DNA of 64,000 bases from Eledone cirrhosa (taxonomy: Eukaryota). The stretch spans positions 60,822,001 to 60,886,000 of the forward strand of contig OZ024745.1 in NCBI GenBank assembly GCA_964016885.1. Direction: 5' to 3'. The notes below the pieces were generated by a model, which made no database searches, was not told the DNA's origin, and saw only the letters and a program-made list of their open reading frames with translations. Below, piece after piece: positions 40,467 through 54,437 of the stretch; position 1 is the first letter of the stretch; each line of letters opens with the position of its first letter. The translations under genes were made by a program, and so were the position numbers.

Positions 40467-42204
40467 CACCGTGTAACAAAAAAAAAATGTTTTCTCTGTT
40501 CCTGGCTTGTAATCACTTTTTTATGTTGCTTAGGTCCCAAATAAAAAAAAAAGTGCTATTAAACAGTTAAAAGTTTGGGTTTGTAAAAATTCTAAGCTAT
40601 TCACTAGAATTATTTGTATGCTGGATTTTACATTGTATGTAAGTTTAATTTGCTTATGTTAAATGATTTTTTTTTTATATATGTTTCAGGTTAAATTAAA
40701 ATGATAAAATAAAGAGTAATACCTAAAGAAAATTATAAAAGTGCATTAAAGTATAAAATTGTTAAAAAGTGGATTAAAGAGATTTATTGATACTGGATTT
40801 TCGCACCCTGAATAAAGGGTAAGTTGTGTTTTAAGCATTCGTCTCCAGGATGAAGCAGTGGAACTTGGTCAAGGAGGAAGTGCAGGTGACAAGTCAGAGA
40901 AGTCGACACGAACCTTTCTCAGGCTTTTAGATTCTTAGGGATAGCCTCTGCTTCTGCCATGACGTGCCTGGACTGTTTGACGTTATTGGGGTGCCGTTTG
41001 TGCCCAAGGAGTGGCGGCTATTTATAGACAGCTCCACCACAAGTTTGAAGGCTGTCCTCCTCCACAATGGAAACAAGTTCCCGACACTGCCCCTAGCCCA
41101 TTCAGTCTGCCTGAAGGAAGATTACTGCAGTGTGAAAGTCCTCTTGGAAATTCTGCAATACAACCAGTACAATTGGGAAATCATTGGAGACTTCAAGATG
41201 GTGGCTTTCCTGCTTGGACTCCAAGGAGGCTTTATCAAATTCCAATGCCTCCTCTGCCTTTTGGGACAGCAGAGCCACCTCCAACCACTACAAAAGAAAG
41301 AACTGGGAGCAGCGAACAGAATTTGTAGTTGGGACCCGGAATGTCATGTGGGAGCCACTGGTTGATCCCAGGATTGTGCTCATGCCGCCACTGCACATTG
41401 AGTTGGGGTTGATGAAGCAGTTTGTGAAGGCTCTCAACCAAGAATCAGTCGCTTTTAAGTACCTTCTTGAGTTCTTTCCCAAGTTATCTGAGGCCAAAAT
41501 CAAAGGTGGAATTTTTGTTGGACCTCAGATAAAGAAGGTGGTTGAGTTCTCCAATAAGCTCAACAGGATTGAGAGAACAGCATGGAACTGTTTCAAGGCA
41601 GTTGTTAAGGGCTTCCTGGGCAACTACAGAGCTGAAAACTACCAGCAACTGGTGCAGGATCTGATAAAGGCTTTTGGCGCCATGGGGTGCAGGATGTCGC
41701 TTAAACTGCATATGCTGGACGCTCACCTGGAAAAATTCAAGGACAATATGGGCACCTACTCAGAAGAACAAGGCGAACAATTCCACCAAGATGTGAAAGA
41801 GATATAGCGGAGGTACCAGGGCCACTACAATGAAAAAATGATGGGGGACTATATCTGGAGGCTAGTGCGGGAATGCGACCTGGACTACAACCACAAATCC
41901 AGGAAATCCAGTCATTCCTGACGTGTATAAGTTGCTTTATAAGTGTTATTTGTTTTTACTTGTTTGCATTTGATAAGCTTGTGTAATAAAATAAATATAT
42001 ACTCTGTTGATTTAATTATATGAACTGATAAATTTTAAAAAAATGTGTTTTTTTCTTGAAAAATATGAAAATTTCGAAATATCAAACTCCTGACCACAAA
42101 CCCAAACTTCTGATTAAATAATAGTGTTTTTTTTATAATAATGGGATATAACAAACCATGAAATGACACTTAGAACCGGGGAACAAAAAATATGTTACAC
42201 GATG
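40467..42204 (+). mobile_element. Chapaev3-like (CMC) DNA transposon, internally deleted
   Basis: Termini CACCGTGTAACA / TGTTACACGATG with about 100 bp of imperfect subterminal symmetry, 3-bp TSD TTG, and a transposase remnant inside. Confidence 0.8.
40940..41920 (+). pseudogene. Chapaev3-like transposase, C-terminal part
   Basis: WRLFIDSS..SLKAVLLHNGN, GDFKM, PPLHIELGLMKQFVKAL, GIFVGPQI, FLGN, MSLKLH and SEEQGEQFHQD motifs. Frameshift near 41260 and a stop at 41805. Confidence 0.8.
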
Positions 42205-43264
42205 TTGTTAGTCACAATCAGTTATGAAATTTGAGGAGGGAGGGGTTAGTCATTTGAATAGAACAGAATTTGACAGGTATTTGAACTCAGAACAAATACC
42301 ATAAGGCATTTGCCCGTCCCTCTAGCCATAGACTCAATCTATAGTAATTTTACTAAAATTAACTAAATATAAATATTAATTCTTTCTAACATTGACACAA
42401 GGTCAGAAATTTGATACAAGCAGAATATCGACTGTATTGACACTAGTACATTATTTTGTCGACTGTGGAAAGATGGAATGTAAAGTTGACCTCAGCAGGA
42501 TTTGAACTCAGAATGTAAAAAGATAGAACAAATACTGCAATGACAAATTATATCCGACGCTCCATAAGTATATATTGATTTTTAGCCAGCATACTTGGGA
42601 GAATGGTAAAGTTGATTTAATCAATCCTAGTATTTGACTGGTACTTTATTTTATCGATCCCGGAACAATGAAAGGCAAAGTTGACATCGGCAAGATTTGA
42701 ACTCAGAATGTAAAGAGATAGAAAAATATACCGCAAAAGCATTTTATTCGACGCTCTACCTATTCTGCCAAGACACTATGCTGCTTAGTAAATACTAATA
42801 GCTTCTACTTTAAGCACATGGCTAGTTATTTGGGGGTGAAAGGAAGATAAGTATATTGGTCCCAGTTTTTTACTGGAAATTTATTTTATCAGCAAAGGAA
42901 GGATAACAGGCACAGTCGACCTCGGGCGGGATTTGAACTCTACTTAATAAATAATTATGATAAAACATATATTATATATATCGTCGGTTAAATTAGATTG
43001 TGTTTAACAATAAAAGTCTTCTTGGAACAGATAAGGTAAATTAACTAATTAACGTAAGGAGCAATTAAAATGCTAATCAGTATTTTAAACAACTCTCTGA
43101 TTTTAGGTGAAATCTTTTGTTCTAGTCACCATGAAAGTTTCTACGTAAAACCTTCACGTGAGCTAGCAATGATAATATGTCTTTCTATGTGTGGTTGATA
43201 TATCCTATCTGTTATCTGGGTGTATACATACCCATACATACATACATGCATACATACATACATA

Positions 43265-44200
43265 TATACATGGAATAAAGCCTGATATAAATCTCTTACC
43301 CAGAGAAATCGGAAGATCATATTCAATGTTCAAACAAGATGAACAAATTGACCAATTTACAGAAAAAGTTGTGCATGGATATTTGAGACGTAAAACACAG
43401 ACCATAGAGGGGATAAACCACTCAAAAAGCATGGCATGGAGTTCTGACAAGTTTATGACATCACACCTTGAGAGATATCTCTATGCAATACAGGAACAAG
43501 AACTCCCTACCAAATATCTGCTGCACAAAAGGGGAGGGCCATCAGCTGACAATAAATGTAGGCTATGTAAAACAAAGATCGAGAATGTAAGCCACATTGT
43601 TGCCAGCTGCGAAAGAATGTCATCTCGCTACTACCTCCCCATAAGACACGATGGGATAGCTAGAACCATCTGGAACGCACTTCGGAAAACAAAATTAACA
43701 ACAAGCGAGGAAGAATATATTGAGACAGATGGCACTAAGGTGGAACCTGAAAATAAAAACTGCCACCAAATTAAAGCACAACCGGTCTGATATTGTTGTT
43801 TGGGACCACACATTGAAAACGTGTTCTGTTGTGGAGATCAGCTGCCCACTTGATGTAAACGTTGTCAGAAAAATACAGGAGAAGGAAGACATCTACGGAC
43901 CATTGATGAGGAGTTTACAAATCCAGTATCTAAGATACACCTTTAGCTTCATACGCATCATTATTGGAGCTACGGGTTATATACCAACCCGCTTGGACCA
44001 AAGTATGACTGAACTTGGATTTGCGGACAAAGAGCGCAGCTCCCTAATTCATAGTCTACAAATGGCTGCGATAGCTGGCACCTTCAAAATTTGCAAAACA
44101 TTCTTGCGATTGAAGGGATGACAATTTCTTTTCTTTTACAACCTTGCTACCAGGAAGGTGGCCGGCCAAAAATATACTCGAAATTAAGAGAAAGAGATAA
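43265..44200 (+). mobile_element. R4/Dong-like LINE, 5'-truncated, in (TACA)n
   Basis: CCHC knuckle CRLC..HIVASC, then RHD and RSDIVVWD..VVEISCP RLE motifs. Frameshift near 43740. Confidence 0.85.
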
Positions 44201-44326
44201 CATACATACATACATACATACATACATACATACATGCATGCATACATACATACAAACATACATACATACATACATACATACATACGTACATACATACATA
44301 CATACATACATACATACATACATACA

Positions 44327-45510
44327 TGGTGGCTGCCAACTCGTTTTCGAGTACGGCCACTACTTTATATCCATGTAGGAGAACCCCTAGCGATGCGCTG
44401 AACGAGTGTGACGACAAGTGCAGAGAATTCTCCAGATATAAAGCAATGCCTGTGCCGTGAAGCTTTTATAGTGAGCAAAGGCACTGCACAAAGCCAGTCC
44501 CACTCTCTTAACCAAGATGATATTTACCAAAAAGAAGAACAAGTCAACATCATTGGATACCATCAGGGTTGCAGGTGTTATATCAGAGTTTTCCTTCTCC
44601 TAGAATTCTGCCTTGACAAAGGCTAAGGGGTCATCTCTCCCGGTGATTTTGGATGGCCATTGACTCTTAAGAGCTCCTTTGCCCTTTGACAGGTTTTGTT
44701 TTTAGTCCTGCAGGATGTCCAAAGTCACCCTCCTCACCAAGAAACCTTGGTGGAGTTGCCAGTTTAGTCGCCAACGACCCGACCATGAGACAGGTTGTAC
44801 TGGGATACATGTTACTAGTAGCACCAACTGGTAACCTGACATACATACATACATACATACATACATACATACATACATACATACATACATACATACATAC
44901 ATACATACATACATACATACATACATACATGACCTGACATACATACATACATGGGGGCTGCCAACTCGTTTTCGAGTACGGCCACTACTTTATATCCATG
45001 TAGGAGAACCCCTACTGATGCGCTGAACGAGTGTAACTTTTTAGTCCAGCCAGCGACTTGAAAACTCTGGTACAAACACTACACTTGTGACAATTACTGA
45101 CACATAGTGCTGGGCCCATTGTACCCTGTGATGACAAGTGCAGAGAGATCTCTAGATATAAAGCAATGCCTGTGCCGTGAAGCTTTTATAGTGAGCAAAG
45201 GCACTGCACAAAGCCAGTCCCACTCTCTTAACCAAGATGATATTTACCAAAAAGAAGAACAAGTCAACATCATTGGATACCATCAAGGTTGCAGGTGCTA
45301 TATCAGAGTTTTCCTTCTCCTAGAATTCTGCCTTGACAAAGGCTAAGGGGTCATCTCTCCCGGTGATTTTGGATGGCCATTAACTCTTAAGAGCTCCTTT
45401 GCCCTTTGACAGTTTTGTTTTTACTCCTGCAGGATGTCCAAAGTCACCCTCCTCACCAAGAAACCTTGGTGGGGTTGCCAGTTTAGTCACCAACGACCCG
45501 ACCATGAGAC
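44327..45510 (-). mobile_element. Two further copies of the 610-bp retroposon separated by (TACA)n
   Basis: Reverse-complement matches to 20760-21368. The first copy has an internal deletion. Confidence 0.75.
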
Positions 45511-45588
45511 ATACATACATACATACATACATACATACATACATACATACATACATACATACATACATACATACACTTACATACATAC

Positions 45589-45763
45589 CAGACCTGCCAA
45601 CCTCTAAAAACTCAAACGGGGAGTACCATGAAAGAAAGTGCCCCAAAACGGGAAGAAATTATGCAAAATGGGGAGATTTTGCATAATGAAAGCTATACCC
45701 ATCTCACCTACCCCAAAGTGGGTGAGAGATTTCCCTGTCGGACGGGTAGACTTGACAGGTCTG
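45589..45763. mobile_element. Short TIR element (CAGACCTG family), copy 4
   Basis: TIRs CAGACCTGCCAAC / CTTGACAGGTCTG. Confidence 0.75.
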
Positions 45764-45786
45764 TACATACATACACACACGGGCAC

Positions 45787-45940
<154 letters not shown>

Positions 45941-45947
45941 GTGTGTG

Positions 45948-46008
<61 letters not shown>

Positions 46009-46017
46009 GCGTGTGTG

Positions 46018-46050
<33 letters not shown>

Positions 46051-46427
46051 TCATTAATATCCAAGTCAATTAAGGTAGGACTTATAGCCCTATTAGAACT
46101 CAATGTACAAGTTTAGATATGAATACACCATCGAAACAAAGCGAAATTTCTATCTGTGGAAACGTTGTATGTTATTACATGTTGTTGAGTATTAAAAAAA
46201 ACTACAGTATCAGTTATATAAGGTTGAACAATGACATTGTTTCTGAGGATAAACGGTAGAGCGGATGTATTTTGTTGACACTAATACTATGAAGTTACTC
46301 AACTGCTATCGATTTGTCAATATATCGATACAATCGTGGTGTACTTTGACATTTGAGAGGTTCGTACAACAATGAATTAAGTACTAAACCTTGTCTTATT
46401 TGTTTTCATTGTTCAATCTTATATATA

Positions 46428-46492
<65 letters not shown>

Positions 46493-46699
46493 GAAGGAAG
46501 TGTGGTAAGGAACCAGGTGGACCATAACGCACCAGAGTACTCAATACTTAGGGTAGTAGAGTGGCTAATAATAGGAAAAGAGTCAGGATCCCCGAGTTCC
46601 GGCCGTTTCGACAGCTAGGTCTGAACTGTTCAGACCTAGCTGTCGAAACGGCCGGAGCTCAGCCGTCGGGGTCCTGACTCTTTTCCTATATATATATAT

Positions 46700-47618
46700 A
46701 TAAAGTGGATGAATACTTCAACAAGCACTATGTACCTATAGAAATATGCAAGGTGTTTATAATAGTTGTGGTTCGATGGTACTAATTTGAGATACCAGAA
46801 CAACATAAAAAGAGCGGAGCAAGCGGTTATCAAACAATTCTCTAAATAAATTAATCACCTGTCTATTGCTGTTACCAACGGTTTCACCATTCCAAAAATT
46901 GGAAATCCATAGAATTTCCAATGGAAAGAATTGGATCTTCAGACACCTTATTTCCATACTATAAGGTTGCTAGCCTTACAGTAAGTTAATATTTCACTTC
47001 CTGCCTAACGCATGCGGTCAGGCCGTTAAAATGACACACACGCAAAATAAGGTCGCAAGTAAGAGCTGTTTATTATAAAATTGTTGATACTGCCACTAAA
47101 ATTAGCAGCACTATTCAACGTTTTGTTCTCTACATACGGAGAAAAATTATAAAAGTGGATGAATACTTCAACAGGCACTAGGTACCTATAGAAATATGCA
47201 AGGTGTTTATAATAGTTGTGGTTCGATGGTACTAATTTGAGATACCAGAACAACATAAAAAGAGCGGAGCAAGCGGTTATCAAACAATTCTCTAAATAAA
47301 TTAAAAAACGATTTAAATAATCACCTGTTCTATTGCTGTTACTGACGGTTTCACCATTCCAAAAATTGGAAATCCATAGAATTTCCAATGGAAAGAAATG
47401 GATCTTCAGACAGCTTATTTCCATACTATAAGGTTGCAAGCCTTACAGTATGTCAATATTTCGCTTCCTGCCTAACGCATGCAGTCAAGCCGTTAAAATG
47501 ACACACACGCAAAATCAGGTCGCAAGTAAGAGCTGTTTATTATAAACTTGTTGATACTGCCACTAAAATTAGCAGCACTATTCAACGTTTTGTTCTCTAC
47601 ATACGGAGAAAAATTATA
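46700..47618 (-). mobile_element. Tandem dimer of a 450-467-bp hammerhead-containing unit (retrozyme-like)
   Basis: 46702 repeats at 47152. Hammerheads at 46868-46947 and 47335-47414 (minus strand GCTGT CTGAAGA ... GAAAC CGTCA GTA^ ACAGC). Confidence 0.8.
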
Positions 47619-47646
47619 ATACGTACATATATATATACACACACAC

Positions 47647-47721
<75 letters not shown>

Positions 47722-47724
<3 letters not shown>

Positions 47725-49617
47725 AGAAAATAAAACTCAACCCCAAAGTGTTCTTCTCATTCGCTAAAAAACACAAGGTTACCGTCTCCACTGTTGGCCC
47801 CCTAGTTGATGAAAATGGCACACTCCAGGACAATGCCAAAACCATGGGCGAGATACTGCAGAAACAATACTGCTCTGTTTTCAGTAACTCTGATATGGCC
47901 GATCTGGGCCGTATCAGTGATATTAACCCCCAACACACTATATCAGACATAACGTTTGGCGCCCCTAATGTCTTAGCGGCAATAAACGAAATTAAACACA
48001 ATTCAGCAGTAGGCCCCGACAGGTTCCCTGCTTTTGTCCTGAAGGTGTGTCGACACCAACTTGCAACTCCTCTTGCTAATCTGTGGAGGAACTCACTGGA
48101 CACTGGCTATATTCCTGAAAACTTTCTGTCCTAGTCCGTTGTCCCAGTCTTCAAAAAGGGAAATAAGTCCCTTGCAGTGAACTACCGTCCGATCTCACTC
48201 ACTTCTCATATTATCAAGGTATTTGAGAGGGTGGTGAGATCACGAATAACCCACTTTCTTGAAAGCAACGGCCTGCTGAACTCCAACCAACATGGGTTCC
48301 GTAATGGAAGGGACTGCCTAACGCAGCTCCTGCATCACTTTGACGATGTTTTGAGAGCCTTGGGAGAGGGCTCCAACACTGATGTCATCTACCTTGATTT
48401 CAGCAAGGCCTTCGACAGGGTTGATCATAAGATTCTACTGAAAAAACTATCCAATGTTGGTGTCTCTGGAAGGTTACTACAGTGGATCAAATGTTTCCTG
48501 ACAGGCAGAACCCAGCATGTTGTAGTCGAAGGAGTAGAATCAAGCCCTGCCAAAGTCCGCAGTGGCGTCCCACAAGGCACTGTGTTGGGCCCACTTCTTT
48601 TCATCATCTACATTAATGACATTACTGACATCATCAAACACAGTAACATCAGAATCTTCGCAGATGATTCCAAGCTCCAAAGGGTCATCAATGAGGTGGG
48701 TGACCGGACTTGCCTTCAGACAGACCTACTGGCTGTTATCCAATGGGCAGAGATGAATAATATGCTGTTGAATGAGGATAAATTTGAACTAATCCACTTT
48801 GGAAAAAAGGATGCTCTGAAACTACCATACTCTCTTCCTTCGGGTGAAACTCTGGTGGCTTCCAATAACATCAGAGACCTGGGAGTAATTGTGGACAACA
48901 ATATAAAGCTGGGCCACTCATATAAACAGCAAAGTTGATATGACCCGCAGAATGTGTTCCTGGATTCTCAGAACTTTCCAGTCGAGAGTTATCTACACTG
49001 TTGTCCTTCGCCACATTTTCCCGACCCCACCTTGAATAATGTTGTCCACTGTGGTCACCCCACACGAAACAAAGTATCATGAAAGTTGAAGCACCCAAAG
49101 GTCAATTACAAAAAAGATAGTTGGCATGACAGGCCTTGACTATTGGGGTCGATTAGAAAAGCTCAACCTTTATTCTCTCCAACGTCGCCGTGAGCGCTAC
49201 ATTATCTGTATGATGTGGAAAATATTCCATCAGCTTAGCCCAAATGATGTTGGCATCATCTTTAGTACACGCAAGGCTTGGGCCCCGTGCTATCCGCCCA
49301 GGACAAAATTTCCACTCGCATCACATAACAACAATACGGCACAATTATTTCACCTCAATTGGCGCTGCACTCTTTAATTACACCAAAACACATCAAAGCA
49401 GAGACAGATCCCATCAAGTTTGAGAAGTCTTTGGATAAATTCCTTCAAGAAATCCCGAATAAGCCCCCTACACCCGGATATGCCTCCGTAAACAATAACT
49501 CTCTGATCGACCGGTCAAAGTGCCCAAACACTGATTTGTAAGACTTCGCCAGGTGGTGCTATTAAGTTAGACATAGCCTGGGCCATTACTGGCCGAAACC
49601 TATCAAAGTTATCAAAG

Positions 49618-49620
<3 letters not shown>
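47722..49620 (+). mobile_element. CR1-like LINE, 5'-truncated, with disrupted ORF2 (RT domain in 48177-48938)
   Basis: NYRPISL, QHGFR, YLDFSKAFD, SGVPQGTVLGPLLF, FADD, RDLGV and LYSLQRRRER motifs. Stop at 48132 and later frameshifts. Ends in (TATCAAAGT)2, with (TA)n on both sides. Confidence 0.9.
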
Positions 49621-49692
<72 letters not shown>

Positions 49693-49758
49693 GGTATATA
49701 TATATATATATATATAGATAAGAGAGTATTGAAGTTTGCTTGAAGCATTGTGGAACAA

Positions 49759-50419
49759 TAAGTAAATATCTTTAAGTCGTTTGGAAGCCTCGACAATGCA
49801 AATGGGTAAATCTCCGGGTAACAAGGTCCGGTGGTGCAGAGAGAGATGTAAGTGGGTGTACGTTGAGATGCGTGGTGTGTATAAGATGTGTGAGATGTGT
49901 AGAATGAAGGGAAGAGTATAAAGGATAAAAATAAAAATAACAACACAAGAGAGAGTTACCTTGGGAGAGATTTAATAGTCCCTATATATTTCGGATTCAC
50001 ATCCATCAACTGGGGTTTTTTCCGGGGTGGGGGAAAAGGTTGTCTGTCGGACAAGTCCGCAACGCGTCTTTCGCTGTTTGTTGTTTTGAATATTCAAAAA
50101 AACAAACAGCGAAAGACGCGTTCCGGACTTGTCCGACAGACAACATTTTCCCCCACCCCGAAAAAACCCCAGTTGATGGATGTGAATCCGAAATATACAG
50201 GGACTATTAAATCTCTCCCAAGGTAACTCTCTCTTGTGTTGTTATTTTTATTTTTATCCTTTATACTCTTCCCTTCATTCTACACATCTCACACATCTCA
50301 TACACACCACGCATCTCAACGTACACCCACTTACATCTCTCTCTCCACCACCGGACCTTGTTACCCGGAGATTTACCCATTTGCATTGTCGAGGCTTCGA
50401 AACGACTTAAAGATATTTA

Positions 50420-50423
<4 letters not shown>
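49759..50423. repeat. Zero-spacer palindrome with arms of about 333 bp
   Basis: Centre TTTTGAAT|ATTCAAAA at 50091/50092. The same peptide appears in supplied ORFs 49515..49946 (-) and 50236..51261 (+). Confidence 0.92.
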
Positions 50424-50508
<85 letters not shown>

Positions 50509-50549
50509 GTATATATATGTATATATATGTATATATATATACATATATA

Positions 50550-50590
<41 letters not shown>

Positions 50591-50699
50591 GTATATATAT
50601 ATACATATATATATATATGTATATATATGTATATATATATATATATATGTATATATATGTATATATATGTATATGTATATATATGTATATATATGTATA

Positions 50700-50774
<75 letters not shown>

Positions 50775-50785
50775 GAATATATATG

Positions 50786-50827
<42 letters not shown>

Positions 50828-50961
50828 TGTATATATATATGTATATATATATACATATATATATATGTATATATATGCATATATTTATATATATGTATAT
50901 ATATATATACATATATATCCATATATATATATATATACATATATATACATATATATACATA

Positions 50962-51090
<129 letters not shown>

Positions 51091-51303
51091 GTATATATAT
51101 ATATACATATATATATTTTTTTTCCTCATTTCGTGGATCGTAGTTGTCTCCCCTTCCCGCTTCGTGTCGCTATGATACTTCCTCAATCAAAAACTGCTGG
51201 AATTTCAAATTTGGCGGTCATTCGAGGCGAGAAGGAGCAACTTAACAGACGCGATTTTTGACAGCGGTAAGAAATTCTTTTCTTATATCAAAGTTTAACG
51301 GGC

Positions 51304-51428
51304 TTCCACTAATGATTTATAAGCACCCACCTAAATATATTCTTACATGAATATATATTAGGCTTCTACATAAACTGGAAATATTCTCCCAACTTGTAGA
51401 AAACTTATAATGAAACAATTGTTTGGAA
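51304..51428 (+). ncRNA. Long-stem-II hammerhead, G5A mutated
   Basis: TTCCA CTAATGA TTTATAAG...CTTATAAT GAAAC AATT GTT^ TGGAA. Homologous to 54889-55015. Confidence 0.6.
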
Positions 51429-51674
51429 AGAGAGATATACTTTAACTTTAATTATATCTCATAAAATAATACAACTGGTTTTTCCACATTATACATATTG
51501 TTAGCACCCCAAACACTTAAATTGGGTTTATATTTAAATATAACCTAATGTTTGTTGAGTGAGATGGTTACCAGTCAGAGTTTAGCTTTAAACTATCTCT
51601 GTTATTGTATTAAATACATATATCTATATATCTATATATATGTATATATACATATATATATATGTATATATATG

Positions 51675-51710
<36 letters not shown>

Positions 51711-51721
51711 CATATATATAC

Positions 51722-51756
<35 letters not shown>

Positions 51757-51842
51757 CGTAGGTCCCGGGTTGCGTCGAGGATAACCACAGTAAGTAAGGT
51801 ACTCAATACATTGAAGAGTAAAATTTTTTTATTTTATAGAAA

Positions 51843-51895
51843 GAGCTTCTACAGGACTAGTACTGTTTCATTCAGATGAAATCTTCAGGAAGCTC
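51843..51895 (-). ncRNA. Type I hammerhead ribozyme
   Basis: GAGCTTC CTGAAGA TTTCATCTGAAT GAAACAG TACTAGTC CTGTA^ GAAGCTC. Confidence 0.8.
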
Positions 51896-51952
51896 ATATA
51901 CATATATATACATATATAATCTTCAGGAAGCTCATATACATATATATATATA

Positions 51953-52135
<183 letters not shown>

Positions 52136-52185
52136 GTATATATATATACATATATATTTATATATATATAGATATATATATATAT

Positions 52186-52794
52186 GTCAGGTCACCAGTT
52201 GGTGCTACTGGTGACATGTATCCCAGTACAACCTGTCTCATGGTCGAGTCGTTGGCGACTAAACTGGCAACCCCACCAAGGTTTCTTGGTGAGGAGGGTG
52301 ACTTTGGACATCCTGCAGGACTAAAAACAAAACCTGTCAAAGGGCAAAGGAGCTCTTAAGAGTCAATGGCCATCCAAAATCACCGGGAGAGATGACCCCT
52401 TAGCCTTTGTCAAGGCAGAATTCTATGAGAAGGAAAACTCTGATATAACACCTGCAACCCTGATGGTATCCAATGATGTTGACTTGTTCTTCTTTTTGGT
52501 AAATATCATCTTGGTTAAGAGAGTGGGACTGGCTTTGTGCAGTGCCTTTGCTCACTATAAAAGCTTCACGGCACAGGGATTGCTTTATATCTGGAGATCT
52601 CTCTGCACTTCTCGTCACATGGTACCATGGGCCCAGCACTATGTGTCAATAATTGTCACAGGTGTAGTGTTTGACCCAGAGTTTTCAAGTCGCTGGCTGG
52701 ACTAAAAAGTCACATTCGTCCAGCGCATCGGTAGGGGTTCTCCTACATGGATATAAAGTAGTGGCCGTACTCGAAAACGAGTTGGCAGCTACCA
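52186..52794 (+). mobile_element. 610-bp retroposon, copy in (TA)n
   Basis: Matches 20760-21368. Confidence 0.75.
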
Positions 52795-52829
52795 TATATA
52801 TATGTATATATAGACATATATATATATAA

Positions 52830-52916
<87 letters not shown>

Positions 52917-52942
52917 CACACATATTTATATATATATATGTC

Positions 52943-53027
<85 letters not shown>

Positions 53028-53083
53028 GTGAGGTTTTTTTTTACAAAATGAAAGATAACCGAGGTGTCCTACACGAGTGGAAG

Positions 53084-53374
53084 TATAAAGAAAAAGGGAT
53101 GAAATCGAAAATGCAACTGACGTCTTATTTTTTTAAAAAATATATATATTTATTTGGTTCCTTTACCGGTTTCGCAGTTCTTCTGCTTTTCAAAAGGTGA
53201 GTTGAGATGGAGGGTCTGTGGTTTTTCTCACATGTGAGAAAAACCACAGACCCTCCATCTCAACTCACCTTTTGAAAAGCAGAAGAACTGCGAAACCGGT
53301 AAAGGAACCAAATAAATATATATATTTAAAAAAAAAATAAGACTTCAGTTGCATTTTCGATTTCATCCCTTTTT

Positions 53375-53381
<7 letters not shown>
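53084..53381. repeat. Zero-spacer palindrome (149-bp arms) with a hammerhead variant in each arm
   Basis: Centre TCTCACA|TGTGAGA at 53232/53233. CCTT TTGAAAA GCAG-AAGAA-CTGC GAAAC CG GTA^ AAGG at 53268-53305 (+) and 53160-53197 (-). Confidence 0.9.
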
Positions 53382-53411
<30 letters not shown>

Positions 53412-53434
53412 TATATATATTTACATATATATAC

Positions 53435-53481
<47 letters not shown>

Positions 53482-53559
53482 CATATATATACATATATAT
53501 ATATATATATGTACATATATATACATATATATACATATATATATATATATGTATATATG

Positions 53560-53604
<45 letters not shown>

Positions 53605-53757
53605 GTATATATATATACATATATATATAGGTAGATATAGTATATGTATATATATGTATATATATATACATATAAATATATATATATATGTATATATATA
53701 TGTATATATATATACATATATATATATATAGGTAGATATAGTATATATATATATATG

Positions 53758-53791
<34 letters not shown>

Positions 53792-53866
53792 TGTATATAT
53801 ATATGTATATATATATACATATATATATATATATGCATATATGTATATATATATATATATATATGT

Positions 53867-53900
<34 letters not shown>

Positions 53901-53920
53901 TATACATATATATATATATT

Positions 53921-53951
<31 letters not shown>

Positions 53952-53952
53952 G

Positions 53953-54019
<67 letters not shown>

Positions 54020-54024
54020 CACAC

Positions 54025-54093
<69 letters not shown>

Positions 54094-54096
54094 CAC

Positions 54097-54175
<79 letters not shown>

Positions 54176-54322
54176 TATATATGCTTATATATACATATAT
54201 TTATATATATACACACATATATGTATATGTATATACATATATATACATATATATGTATATATACATATATATACATATATATGTATATATATATACATAT
54301 ATACACATATATACATACATAC

Positions 54323-54353
<31 letters not shown>

Positions 54354-54362
54354 CATATATAC

Positions 54363-54397
<35 letters not shown>

Positions 54398-54399
54398 CA

Positions 54400-54437
<38 letters not shown>

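Noticed and set aside
50165-50205. Hammerhead in the arms of the 50-kb palindrome
   Set aside because: GGAT/ATCC-GAAAT is present, but the core reads CAGTTGA and stem I is only 3 bp.
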